Shown here piece after piece: positions 26,601 to 40,500 of a DNA stretch of 64,000 nucleotides. The first letter of the stretch is position 1. Every line of letters begins with the position of its first letter. The stretch covers positions 1-64,000 of the forward strand of contig KZ538154.1 of the NCBI GenBank assembly GCA_000934665.2, written 5' to 3'. Position numbers and translations under genes: made by a program. Below the pieces are notes generated by a model. It was not told where the DNA came from, did not search any database, and was given only the letters and a program-made list of their open reading frames with translations. This stretch comes from Catajapyx aquilonaris (lineage: Eukaryota).

Positions 26601-28467
26601 ATAAAGATCCTAATGAAGTTGTGTATGTTAATCAAGTACCTAATTGCGTCACAGGATCTTTTCCCTTGGACCCCACAGTTGAAGACGCAAATGACGTATT
26701 TTTCATCCTATCAGACGGAAAACTTCTTGTTGCTCGGTACAGACAAAAGTATGGGCAGAAAGAGTACTGCGTTGACAAAATGGCTGATGGAACCGATCGT
26801 GAAGTAGCCCTCTTGTGCTTTCCAGAAGATAAGCAAAATGGCAGTCCTGAGGATAGGTTCACTTATGTGTTTTACTCAATTGCGCTTTTGATATCCAGCC
26901 TGTTTTTATTGGCCACCTTTGTGGTGTATGCGGTCTTACCAGAGTTGCAGAATTTGCATGGAAAGACGCTGTTGTCTCATGTGGCCAGCTTGTTTTTTGC
27001 GTACTTGTTTCTGAGCATTTCGCAAATTGGAGGAGACACTCTGCCAATATCTGCCCCTGCTTTTTGCAAAGCAGATGGTAAGTCTTTACTATCTGTTTCT
27101 TTTGCATTTTGCCTTTACCTTATGGGTTTCCCATCTTATCTGATTTATTTCATTTTCAGCCGTGTTGATGCACTTTTTCTTTCTGTCATCATTCTTCTGG
27201 CTGAGCGCTATGTGTTTTGACATATGGTGGACCTTCAGGTAAGGATGTCTTTACATGTCAATGTTCTGAATTTTAAAATACATTTTTTTTGACAGTGGAT
27301 TGCGTCCATTGAGAGGAGGAGCTGGAGAACGAGATCGAAAGAAGTTCATGATCTACTCTGTGTACTCCTGGGGCTGTGCTTTCATTGTGTCTCTGGTAGC
27401 CATCGTCATGGATTTTGCTCCTGGAATCTCGCCCTTCTTTTTGAAACCAGTTTTTGGTCTCAGAAGATGTTGGTTTATTGGTGAGTTGTGCAAGGATTTA
27501 GTAGACTACGTGAACTTCCCGGTTAACCCCAAACTTCCTGTTTGTCGAACCCAAGTCGAAGGGAAGCGGAAGACCTCAAAATCACTGCATGATAAGTGGC
27601 TATAAGAATGTGTAACCTTTAGCTGCGACTTAAGCAGTGGAAAACATTTTTCACAGCATAGAAAGCAGGAAGAAGTTCATACTTCAAAAGTGATTGAATA
27701 CACGACTGTAAACGGATAAAAAAAAATCTAATGCGTAACCTTGAGCAGTAGCGAACAATGTCCATTTTTTACAACTATTATCAGGGATAAGACATGTTAT
27801 GCAGCCTGGTTTTAATATTGAAGAGATATGTTTGTTTTTTTTCTTCCACAGGCGAATGGGAACAATTTGTGTACTTTTATGGCCCGATCGCATTTCTACT
27901 GTTAACCAACATGATCCTATTTTCACTGACTGCATGGAAGCTCATAATCGTCCACAGGGAGACAAAGATGCTCACAGACAACAAAGGAAACAACAGGCAT
28001 TCAGGAAAAGGCAGCAAACGTGACAAAGAAAGACAAAGGTAAGTGCAGCCCCCTGCTGAAACAGTCAGGATTATAATATTAGGCGGTGTCCTTCTTGTAG
28101 GTTGATGCTGTACTTGAAGCTCTTCATTGTGATGGGCATGACCTGGGTGATGGAGGTTGTTTCGTGGGCAGTCGGTGGTCCTACATACTACTGGTACCTC
28201 TCTGATGTTCCCAACATCATGCAAGGGGTGCTCATCTTCGTCATCTTTGTCTGCAAACGCAAAATCTTCCGCTTGCTGAAGGGCAAGCTGCTCTCATCGC
28301 GATTGAGTTGGAAACCAAGTACCAATACCAGTACATCCAGGGCATTCAGTACAACCAACTTGGGAAGCATGACCCAGAGCACTGTAACCTCCAGTGTGGC
28401 TGATGTGCCAAGAAGGAAGGTCTGCAACAATGACCACATCCAGATGGATCCGGTTGCAAGATATTAA
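23661..28467 (+). CDS. Methuselah-like (Mth/Mthl) family B GPCR, copy 2
   Basis: Exons 23661-23750 (signal peptide), 25661-27077, 27160-27238, 27296-27480, 27852-28038, 28101-28467. Ectodomain with PRCCQ, PKCCP, SKCCP; 7TM with [54 protein letters not shown]. Confidence 0.93.
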
Positions 28468-31081
28468 GTTGACATCGTATTCCTTCTGATTTTTGGCCAG
28501 TGAAATGGTGGCTGCATGGGCTTAATCTCGCTGAATCTCATTACTGTGTCTCGTATTTGAAAAGTGAACTGCAAGACATAGGCCTGGTGTTAGGGGCAAT
28601 AACATGTCTGGCACCTCATTGATCTCTAGTTCAAACGTGCATTAATTGTGTGGATGATAGTTAGACTTTGGCTCGATTTTTTCATTCTCTACAGATTGCA
28701 TACTTGTATTGAGCCCACATGGTTATTAACGTTCTCCTTGATGCACATAATGCCAAAGTGACAGGGTAATAAAGCACTGCCTACATTGGCAGGTACAGTG
28801 AAATTGACACTTTTGTACATTAGTGTGAAGCTTTAAGTATTTGAATCTTAACCTAAGATGTGTTCAGTGAAGCTTATGTTTACAACACAGTGTATGCCTA
28901 CTATACTGTATATACGCTGGTTGAGAGACTGTATTGTGACTTTATTAGTATCTCAAGCTCTTGGTATCTCTCATGCTGTAAAGAAGTTCCAACATAAGTT
29001 TTATGTTAAGAATATGTCATTGTAGTACTGTACATTGCATGTTCAGTGCACAACTTACTATCAACTGACTTGCAGTCTTTGATTTTGTGCACTCCAAACT
29101 GCAAGGTTGTTATGTGTCAAACCTGAAATCTTACACGCTTCGAAAGCGGTATCATTTTTATTTCTATGTACATGTGTAATAGCATGCGTATTTAAAGTTG
29201 ATGAAGTGTTTATTTCAGTCGTGGCGAGTTCAAATGAATATACTGCGTAATATTAATTTTTTTATTATTTCGGGTTACTCCTCGCGGTACGGAAGTCCCA
29301 CACCCTGCATATTAGGCCAGTACGTATCATTGCTTCAACCAGATAATGAAACTGACGTCACAATGGCAACATTGGCCGACTGTCAAGAATTGAAACTAAT
29401 AATTTAATGCATGTTACGGCAGTACAATTCTTTGGTTGAATCAATGATATATTGCTCTCCTCAGAACCTGTTTCCAGACTTGCATTTCAGACAAACAAGA
29501 CGATTCATTTAGAGGCCTTGAACATAAAAGACTATAGGGTGTATGTAGCTCAGGTATAGCTACACAAAAACCACGCTATATAATAGTGTAATTTTTTCAT
29601 TCTTACTAGGTACCTGATTATGCACAACCTTTCACAGGCTTAAGCAAGTGTAGCTAGACCGGCCATAACTTTCATGAGAATAAATCGCATATTCAAGCAC
29701 TACACCATATTCTGAGACGCTTGTCACTATGCATTTAATCACATGGCAAGTACTGACAGCGTAGTGAAAGGAACGGCCTGTAAAAACAACTTGAATGTGA
29801 AGCTTACAAAATGGTCTCGCAGAAAACTACACATAACTTCTTCTGAAGTACGGTCCATGAATCTCCACTTCTAGACATCCGGATGCACCCATTTGGTAAG
29901 CCCTTCATAAACCTGGCTCAGTATTTTAAAAAACCCACCCCCGCAATTTATACTTACCTGCAAATTTGTCGACCAGGATGACAATGTTATCTCCAACTGA
30001 CAAAGAGCTAGTAATTGTGATTAAGACCCGTCTAATAACACATGTCTTCCTCCCCTTTTCGAATCAGATGTTCCAGCCAAGTGACTGATGACCACGAGGA
30101 GAGATATTGAAAAGCCTCAGGGATGATTTATTCGTGAAATTACAAGCCTTGCACTATCGGCCACACTCATCAGTGCCAGAAAAGCAGCCTTGGCCATACA
30201 ACGGCATCGGCCACCACATTTATTAACCCGTACCTTGCCCCGAGGCTGCTGGGGGCCAAGGAAACAGGATGATCGCAAAAAGAACAAAAAAAAAATAGTG
30301 GAAAATTCAATTATCTACTGATGGGACATGTGTTGTGTCTGGCACTTGTTTCATGACTGTCTAATGAGTCTGTGAAAAAGTTGCAGACATGGTACGGCAC
30401 CGAACCACGATCAGTATTGCTGCCAATTATTTTGTCATAATAGTAGTAAAATGCAAAAATGGCAACTACGTACATAACCAATTATTTCGTTATTCAACAC
30501 GTGACAAGCCCCCATCATAAATCCTTAATGACCACATCTTAATTTAATCCTACTTGAAGACGGAATATGCCCCAAACGGTACTGAGGTCATACACATAAA
30601 AAAAAGTGGTTCCTGAGTGAAAATTGGGTACTGTCATTGATGGGAGCTGATTGTGTAGTAGGCGCCTTCGTGCTGAGATTCTAGATGAGAGCAGTAAACC
30701 TACAAGGCGTAATTAATGTGGACAAGTAGAGAAGACATTTGGCGGGCGGCAAAGTCTAGAGGCGACCTCCCAAAATGCCTGCATGTTGGCCACACCCCAC
30801 GTCATGTGGAATAGGAGACGAGCTACGCAAGGCCTGTCTTTCGTCTGTCAAAAAAAAAACTTTTAATATATATAAAAAAGAAAGTTACTCGCCCATGGCC
30901 TCAAGCGCGGTCACTCGGGAGATCACCCAGTCTATTAGTCACGCCTACAAAGCTGCCCATCTTTTGCTCGCACCTAAGCTAAATCGCTTCTTGTAATGCA
31001 AATAGTGCCATGTTCAAGTTTGGGTGTTAATTATGGCCAGTCAGCTGTTATCAATAAATATTTTTCAGGACATCCAGTTAT

Positions 31082-31136
31082 TTGTCACTCTGTCACAGAT
31101 GGCGCTCAGTGAGCGCCATCTGTGACAGAGTGACAA
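31082..31136. repeat. Perfect palindrome with 27-bp arms and a 1-nt spacer
   Basis: TTGTCACTCTGTCACAGATGGCGCTCA-G-TGAGCGCCATCTGTGACAGAGTGACAA. Confidence 0.95.
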
Positions 31137-32058
31137 TAAATAATTTTTTTTAAAAATTAATTATAATTCATATAACGTAAAATCCGTTTGATAGGTTCTG
31201 ATGGGCCATATTTCATCCTGAAAACGAGCCTGATTGATGGGATGCACGTGGCTAAGTGTGATACCCGCCTACTATTTCTGTGCCTGATATGGTTGTTGAT
31301 ATCTCCCTAAATGCTTCACACAAAAAATACCGCACATAATCTGAAGGGAATCCCTGGGGACAAAAATACATATGTCAAGATGGGGTGAAAAGAACCAGGA
31401 CTTGAAATACATCGTCGAGTCCTTTTATTCCTACTGAGCAAGACTAATGGAGTACACAAAAGACTTAGGACGACCCTTTTCGTAGTGTGAATGCTATCCA
31501 ACTGTGTATGTATCCACACTTGGTGCTTGGGAAGGTCAAAATCGCATAGAAATCCGGCTGTCACTACTTATTTAAAAAAACATGTGTGTTCATGACAAGA
31601 ACCAAATGAAAACTACAAGTACCGTTTGCGTCGCATAAATATTTATAACATACCATAAGGAAAACCTTGGTGGTCTAAACTCAGACAAATGTTTCACCTG
31701 AGTGACCCCCCCAAGGTAGATTTATCCTAGACAACCAACCCAGTTTTTGTCCATATGACAACCAATAACTGAAACAAATGTCTTCATAATCAAATCATTG
31801 ACAAAAATTGTCGCATCACATACTCCATCAGTTTCTGAATGTGTTGTGTCTGGTAGTGGTGGTGGTGGTGGGATGGAGTGGATGGGGGAGAAGTTGAGGA
31901 GGGGTCGAGGGCAGAAGCTGCTGCAATCCCGGGCCAGTTTTGGGTCGGCCACTTTACGGGTCGGATGAAGCATTGGACAGCTCACATGTGACCATGGACA
32001 CCGGTTCGACTCCCTGTAATTAAGATCGTGAGAAAACTGTGGTATATTGTACGAGTGA

Positions 32059-35000
32059 ATGGTGCATCAAGAGGTCATTGTCGGTGGGAAGGATGTCCTT
32101 AGGAGGATACTATTCCTCCTTATCCTGGCTCTTCCAGGAATGGACACAAGAGGCGGGTTAGTAACCACATTTGACCACTATGCAGACAATAGTAATTATT
32201 TTTAGCACAGATCACAGCTGACAAGACATGTCACACTTCATTGATTCTCTAACACTCTTTCAATACCACCGATTAGAGCGCACATCGTGACGAATCAAAC
32301 GATTGTCTATTTCACACCCTCATCTTGTGAATATGTAATTAATGATCAAATTGTATTAAAACAATAGTGAGCCTGACAATCTTAATGAGTTGCTTCATGT
32401 GAGGTCTTTCTGAGCAAAATTGAATGAAAAGTCGCGTGTGTAGCAGGTGGACCAAATGTTAAGAGCCCATCAATCTGAACACCCTAAAAATTCTTGTTCC
32501 TAAACCTTGTTGTGACGACGGAGCGCATTTCGCACCCGGTTTTTACGACTTCTTTTGAGCGCGTGTGAATACGAGACGCCTTGAAGTCGGTGACTTCTGG
32601 AGTGGTTTTATAAAGGAGACCTCATATTTTCGCGAGATTCGTGACCTTTGACTGAGATGAGGAGACGTGACTCAGGCTAGATTGAGCCTGGCCGTTATGG
32701 TGATAAAACGGTTTAGTTCTGCTCTCTGAATGGGTGACGACCACTAATTGATACAATGTTGTTTTTGCCAAAATTGCCATATCTAAATTGTAAGCCAGAC
32801 ACTTTTTTTTTGAAAGTTACACATAATTTTCGTGTGTAATAATACGCATGTCATGAATGTTCTCCATAATTGACGTTCCTTCACGACTGGTGAAAAGGGC
32901 GTGAAAAGACGCTTCCAGCATCCTATTCCCCTAATAAGTCTGGTCCATTATATATTTTTTTGTGCAGGTAGCTTATGGTCCTGAACAATTGAAGGAACAA
33001 TTTTTCAGAGTCTTTTCCTGTACGGTCAGGACCGTACATGGCAGGGCTGTCATCATCTGGCCTTTCTGTCCACCTACCATGGGTTTGAATAGGGCAAAAC
33101 TGGGCGTGAGTCTTATGATAATGAGCGTCGCCCCGATACAAAAAAAAAGATGTCTTCCATTTTACTAGGTGTTCATCCGAATTGTATTTCGCCGATTTAG
33201 CTCTTAGGCGATGACCATGTGGTGATCCGGTGATTCGGCGAAATGTACCTACACGCCTGAACATATAGGGTGGTCCATCCAGCCAAGGACAGTTTGACAG
33301 GGGTACCACAGCATCCCCCTTCCTTCAAAGAACTTCTGGGGCACTATTGGAAAGGACCTCACAAAAGCTTGTGGGAAACGTCAGAATCAGGCGGGCTTCC
33401 CCTCATCTTTTATCCCTCTGGAATCCTCTCAACGGGTTGATTTATTTGTCCCGAAGGCACATCTTTAGCTCACCTTGACGTCTATGCCTTTAGAAAAGAG
33501 CTAGACTGGATGTTGGGAGATGATGTTGCGCAGGGAAGCACTTTGAGGGGAGATGAAAAGACGTGAATGTGGTATGAATACGAGGCTTGGACGACCATAC
33601 CGCCGGACAACCAGTCCATCTATCATCATGTGGACCAGAGTCATCCGGTGTGATGGGTACGAGTCGCGTGTAGCAGCCGTAGGACGAGTTATGACCAATT
33701 TTCATAATTCCGTGGCCATACAGCAGTGCGGCTAATTTTGCACTGCTGTATAGCCACGGAATTATTAAAATTAGTCATAACTCGCTTTATAACTAAACAA
33801 TTAAAGACTTTTGGACTGTAATGTCATACTGCGTCATCTGAGCAACAAGTGTGACAAATTTCAGTACTCTCAGTAGTCTAAAAGTGTGTTAGGTCGCCCG
33901 GATATTGAAACGAAATATTGCTACCCAATATTGTCCGCTGTCTTCAGCTGTTTCACACTAATGGAATAACAGGGTACGGCAGATAAGCTCGTGTACATCG
34001 TAATCACCTTGCATACCTGATTCTTGGACATTGAACTTGGCGACATTGGTAGCGGCTTCTGGACCTCATGCTGTTGATGAGCCGACAGCTTTGATGATGA
34101 TACATGGAACAGCATTGCAAAATGACGGGGACAAGTTGTCGCGATACACTTTCGCCACACCTTTCTGACTGGTGAAGAGTTGATCCAAGGACAACTCCAG
34201 TTTTTGTTGTAGGGTGCGGACTTTGCGTAGTTCTCTATAGTGCGAATTTATTTGACTGGGTGAGAGTTTTTCCTCATTCTGGATATACAGATACGAAGAT
34301 GGTATCTGAATGTAGGCGCCAGAAATTATGGTAATAGTGGTCGGGCATTGTCTTTGAAAAGTGGATCGACAGAAACGGAGAAAAAGGCATACCGTGTTTA
34401 GAGTTTTTTGCAGAACTGATGAAGATGTCTGGATGTCGCCATTTAGATAAAAATTCGGAATAACAAACTTAGTGTCGCCAGTTTGCTTTTCGTGAGCTAT
34501 ATTAGAACGCCTACGTATAAGTTTCTACGCACTATTTGTGGAAATTCCCCGTACATGTTGACACCACCCGTCATCAGTTACAAAAATGTGATAACCACAA
34601 GTGTGTCACATTCATCACTCGAAACAGTTTTTAGCAATCAATCATTACGAAAGAGACAGAAGCTACGAAATAACCTCATGTCATTGGCCCCTGTCTGACG
34701 CACTCATAATTTTTGAGCAGGTTACGCACTTACACACCATATTTCAGTAGCTTTTTTTTGGAAGAAACCCAAGGGTACCATTAGGATTCAAGAGGCTTTC
34801 GCTTCCAGCTGTTGCCCACATAAAGTGGAAATGTCAGCAATAATTCTCTGCAAGTCATTAGCTATCATTATCCCATTCCATTTGCAGGCGGAACTTTTGC
34901 CCCTACCAGGTCACAAAGACGGTCACCTGCAAGGTGAAAAATGGGACTGAAACATTTTTGGGACGTACTCCAAGACAATGCTGGAAATGGGGATACGCAT

Positions 35001-37421
35001 ATAATTGTGGAACCGAATACAGGTGAGTCTGAAACTGACTAATCTTGTAGCCATTAATTTCTTTTGGCAGGAAAATAATTCTCCAGTCCTCTCTGTGGAA
35101 TAAGGCAGTATGTCATCTCCATACAAGAGGAACGGTTGAAGGCACGAAAGGGCTGAATTTATAACTCATTTAGGTGCTTTCATTGAAAGTTGAAGACTCA
35201 TACTTCATTTTAACACTATGCGGCATCGTCAGTTTTTTTTGGCCTACCGGGACCTGCCCAATTTGAATTTTTATATACTGCCTTTTATTTATTTCAATTC
35301 ATGTTACGTAAAATAATGATGTTTTTTTTACAGAGTAATGCAACGACCAAAATTCATGACGTCATATAAGACAGTCAGTGAGACCCGATACAAATGCTGT
35401 CCTGGCTATTATGGTTCCAACTGTGACCATGGTTAGTACCCTTTTAATGTAAACTGCAAGAGCTCTCATTATGTGAATAATTACATTACAGAATGCTTCA
35501 ACTGTACCATAATTGACAATATGGAAAACCGTCTTCGTACCTTGGAGGATCATTTGGGAATTCGTCGGCTGTTTACAGTACGGGAAGAAGTGACCACCAT
35601 AAACACGCTGCACTTCTCCCCAATAAGTGGAGGCAGAGGTCATATCAAGCCAGGACCACCTGATACTAGCCATGTGGTCAATGATGGTACGAGATGGTCA
35701 CAAACTCCCAGGTGGAGACCACCTCAAACTAAGAACATGGACCGAGTACATCCTTCTACTGTTCCGGTAACACTATTAGTAGGTATGGCTCAGGAGGGTT
35801 TACCAGAAGAGATGTTATTCTTGCAGTATTTTGAACCACGCAATGGACTGGGTTCAGATGGGGGAATAGTCATTGATGTCGTGACCTCTTCGCCAAACCA
35901 ACCAGGAAACGACATCCCAGGAAGTCATGACAGGTGCCATTGTCCACCTGGGTCACCAGGTGAGTGATTTTTAAATATTTAATACTTAAAAATGCACTTG
36001 CTGATCTCGCCGGAACATGTAACAATAAAGCCCCCTGCTGACATCTCCTGACTTAATGATCTTTTTTACTGGAAAGCATATATCATATGCGGCACCTTGC
36101 TTGTGGGGAGACTCTTCAGCTCGTTTTTCTCACGTCTCGTTATACCTCAAGCACGGATGTTTGGTGGTGGGAAGAGAGAAGATAAATTAAGCCAGACCGC
36201 TAGTAATGGCTGTCTTCTTCTTCTTGTGGCAGGCCCCCCAGGAGCACCGGGTCCTCCCGGTACTGCAGTCTCCAGAGGAGGACCCCCAGGACTTAGGGGA
36301 CCACCTGGACCTCCTGGTGAGTTCAATCATGTGATGCTGATTACAACTCACTGGTTAATATACATCAAAAGATCCACTAAAAAATGTTACACTATGAATA
36401 TGCACAAAACTTGCAGGTTTGGTGGGCTTACCAGGTCCTGCTGGTCTTCCAGGACTTCCAGGATCTACAGGGAGACCTGGGACACCAGGGTTTCCCGGAT
36501 TGAAAGGTGATGCAGGTAAGGGCTTCATGTAATGCTGGTAATAACTGTTAATACAACCAATTCTGGCAATAGGGTCGCCAGGGATTTCAGGAGCCTCTGA
36601 TGATGGATTTGGAGCAAGAACAGATTTTCCTTCACTTATTGGACCACCAGGTTTAAAGGGTGAAAAAGGAGACAGAGGTATATTTCAGTTGTGGAATTAC
36701 ATTTTTAAAGATACTGATATTCAATCAATCTCGAATGCAATAGGGTTTGATGGAATTCCTGGACTACCAGGCTTGCAAGGACCCCCAGGGCCTTCCGGGT
36801 CACCTGGATTTCCTGGTCTTAAAGGAGAAAAAGGTGATACACCCAGAGATGGATTTCCAGGTCTTCCAGGTGAACCAGGCCTTCCAGGACTTAAAGGAAG
36901 CAAAGGGGATTCAGGAGCATATTTTTCCGCCACTCCACTGACTGTAAAAGGATCCGGTACGTACATTTGAGAACCATCAAAAAAATTAATTAACATGTAA
37001 TCCTATGCAAGCAGCCACAAAAGAAACTGAAACAGTGCTGGAACTACATGGAACTGTTGCAAGTCTTCGCCACCAAATCAGCCTCTTGGAAACCCGAGTG
37101 AAACTTCTGGAAAATGCAGGTGCAATCGAAGCAAACACTGTGCCCAGTCATGGTAACAGTGCAGAGCAGGATCGTAAACCAGGCAATGTGTATTATGAGA
37201 CTGGAAACAGACTGGGGGGAGATGTCATGGTTCAAACCCCATTTCCAGCAGTGGAGACGGTGCATTCCATCACTAGTCCAAAAGGTAGGCTTAGGCCCAA
37301 GACAGAAGATCCAGAATTGCATCGAGGAGATATTATGTCCACCATAAATGATGACTATGATGAATATGAGTATGATGCCAATGATGAACCTGTGGTCTCA
37401 AATGTAACCAGCCTCAAGTGA
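32059..37421 (+). CDS. Secreted EMI-domain collagen, collagen XXVI (COL26A1)/EMID1-like
   Basis: Exons 32059-32156 (hydrophobic leader), 34888-35022, 35334-35431, 35492-35959, 36233-36316, 36417-36515, 36573-36677, 36744-36956, 37012-37421, all phase-compatible. EMI domain RNFCPYQVTKTVTCKVKNGT...YRVMQRPKFMTSYKTVSETRYKCCPGYYGSNC, coiled coil ECFNCTIIDNMENRLRTLE, interrupted Gly-X-Y repeats, second coiled coil. AATAAA at 37464. Confidence 0.88.
33684..33784. repeat. About 100-bp imperfect inverted repeat in collagen intron 1, probably transposon-derived
   Basis: CGAGTTATGACCAATTTTCATAATTCCGTGGCCATACAGCAGTGC...GCACTGCTGTATAGCCACGGAATTATTAAAATTAGTCATAACTCG. Confidence 0.8.
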
Positions 37422-37540
37422 CTTTGTGTTCTTGCAAGTGACTTTTTGACACTGGAAAGCCCTAATAAACATTTGGTAAGAAAGTATGTTTTCTTGGTTT
37501 GTTTTGTGATGTAATAATATTTTTTATTCAAACAATACTG

Positions 37541-40500
37541 TTAGGATGCATTTGGGACTTCTTCCATTCTTTCCTCTCCATCTTCATCTTCCTCCTCCTC
37601 CTCCTCCTCCTCTTCTCCCATCTCTTCCTCCTCTTCAAGCACATGTGCATCCTTTTTCTTATCATCAGGATCGCCTGGAAGAACCTCACTGATCATAACC
37701 AGGAGTTCTTTCACCTGTTCATCAGTAAACCTTTCTTCGCTGTCTTCAATAATCTGGAAGATGAAAATTGTATGTAGGTGAAAAGAACACGAGATAGTTC
37801 ATTTGTTACATATTCACTTAGAAAGTGCCCCAATTGGGGACAGGACTTAACATACAAGGTGGGTAGAGAAGTAAGTTGGGGTTGCTCGGTTTAATAATTA
37901 TTGCTTATCCTGGCCATTACTACCTCTGTACAAAAAAGGGAACGTTTCCAGGTATGCCCACCAGTACAGTGTTGGACATTAATCGAGGCATACTGCTAGC
38001 GACATTTTCCGAAGCAGCAGAAGAAGGAATCTTGCTCGCCCGGCTTGCAGTATCCTTATCTTCAATTCTTTCTTCTGCCGCTTCGTAAAATGTCGTTAGC
38101 AGTATGCCTCGATTAATGTTCAACACTGTACTGACAACAACAAAAGGGTCAGCTCACAACTGCTAAAATGTGCCTCATTAGCAATGTTTTCACATACTTT
38201 CCATTCTGAGCACCATGGCAATGGTTGCCTTAGGAAAACCTTGCAGCTGGTTAAACAACTTATAATGATGGCTTGTGCCTCTCAGGCTTCCCTACAGTTG
38301 GGAATATAGAAGTCAAGCAGAGTACCACATCAAGTTATAGAGAGTATGTATTTGATTTAAATTGTTCATACTACTTAACAGTGTGGGCCTACTTTAAGTA
38401 GAGCAGTTACATCCGAGTGGTTAAAGAAACCAGTGAAGTAGGTCTCTTCCGGACATGCGTTTAATAGTAAATTCAGATGTCACTTTCAAAAATGGTAATC
38501 ACTGGATTGGGGGAAGGAATAGTTAACCACAAATCCCCACTCAGTCAAGTAACAGGGTTTCCTGCCAATGAATATCATTTAATCTATGCACTTTGACTCA
38601 GAACTGACATTACTGTATTTTTAATACTGTGCAGCATACATTCCAGTGTTAGATAAAGCAATGTGAAAGTTGCTTATCATGCATATGTTGCAAGGCTCAA
38701 GGGTGTAATTCTACCTGCATCAAAATGATCCAGTCCAATATTGTAGTACTTGCACCTTGCACTGCCCTTCCCACTTATCTTACCCTACCCAGAGACCCAA
38801 GAATTTTGTTGAAGATTCCTTTGTACAAACCTAGAAGCTCTAATAAAGGTCAGAGCCAAAAAAATGCCAGGAATTCAGCAGTATCCAAATTATTAATTAA
38901 TTAATATTATTATTATCAATGGGGAAGTAGCCTTCATTTTGGAAACTACATAATAAATTCGCCCATATTTGTGGGATTTTTTTGGCATATTCCGTTTTAA
39001 GATATCAGTTTCAGTTCCGGAGATATTGGCGTTTTTTCGTAGGCAAATGGTGACGTCACTGTTTGCCTCGAAAATGTTGACGTCACGCGAAGTGAAATGA
39101 ACGCAAAAATTGTGTTATAGAATGCACCCCGTCATTGTCGTAAAATGCTTCGTTGTTGTTAGCAACCGTCCCATTCCGTGAGCAAGATAGCGGCCGGGGC
39201 GCGTATTTATTCCAGGCCGCTCAAGTCGCTTCTGTGCTGACAGTGGTGCCAACAGGTAGGAATTATCTGTCACCCGAATTCGGCACATGAAGGCCTCTTT
39301 TCTCCACCTCGATGGCCTACAGCTTCCTTGCGAATGCTTTCCGTCGTGTCCGCGGTTAATTCAAAGTCAAATTCCTCATATCTCGCAGTCAACCAGGCAT
39401 TTCAGAGTACCCTTTCAATTGGCACCACCTGGCTGCTCCGTTTTTCCCGCCAATTTTGAAGGCACTTTTAAATGTGCCGTAATTTATCAAGTAATGTCAT
39501 TTTGATGCAACAAAGTGATGGAATGTATGTTTACAGGCATGGGCTAGCTAGTTATGAACAAAAATCCCAAATCCCAGACCAAGGCTACTTCCCCATTATG
39601 CTTGCACAATATTCTCAGTATAGACTATTATACTCAGTATAGTACCATATGTGACAGTTACACCAATCAAAACATACCAGCTGTATTTCCACAGCTGTTG
39701 TTGGCCTGTGGTTAATGAGCATCAGCTTTTCCATCTTGCTCAGTTTGAAGGGTTCAACAGATTTCAGGAACTCCTGAATTATTTCAGGTGTCTGGTGCTT
39801 GCATGGAGTTTTTTCTAAGTAGTTTGTGATCTGTTCGGGAAAACATGGTTAATTTCTGTATGAACAATACAACAACCTGAGCACCTACCTCATATGCAAT
39901 AGTTGCCAAATTTTGTCCTGGTTTGTTGGGATTCCTTTGGCCGCCATTCCTCCGTAATTCGCGCAACAATGACAGGGCCTAAAAATAGTAAATACATTAC
40001 AAAGAAATGCCTATTAGGTATAACTGCAGTATAAAAGGTCATAAGATCTACTTGGCATTAATGTATGGAAAATGAGAGAACGATCTGACATCATCAAGAT
40101 TTCCATGGAAATAGCCTCACAGAACAATATGAGTAAACAGTGTCAACAAAAAGCAACAATGGAAGAAACAATGACGTCAGATTGCTCTCTTGTTATCCAT
40201 ACATTAACCCTTAACTACGTAGGTGGAGCCTGAGAGGCTCCAAGCACTATTTAAACGCATGTAACATTTTCATTGAATTTTATTTCCCCCTGTCCTGCCG
40301 TGACTTTGTCAGAAAAACCTTCCTAAGCATGAAAAGGAAAAAAAAAAAAATTTAGTCCCTATTCTTTGGTTGAAAAAAATTCGTAACGAGGAACAGGTCC
40401 CTCCTGGAACCGCTCAGGCTCTACCTGTGTAGGTGAAGCCTGCATGAGCGGCTCCAACACGATCTAACATTTTAATTAAAAAACTTTTCCTGTTGGAATA

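Noticed and set aside
30125..30180. Minus-strand CTGATGA-GTG...CAC-GAAT hammerhead-like core
   Set aside because: GAAT rather than GAAA, and no convincing stems I and III.
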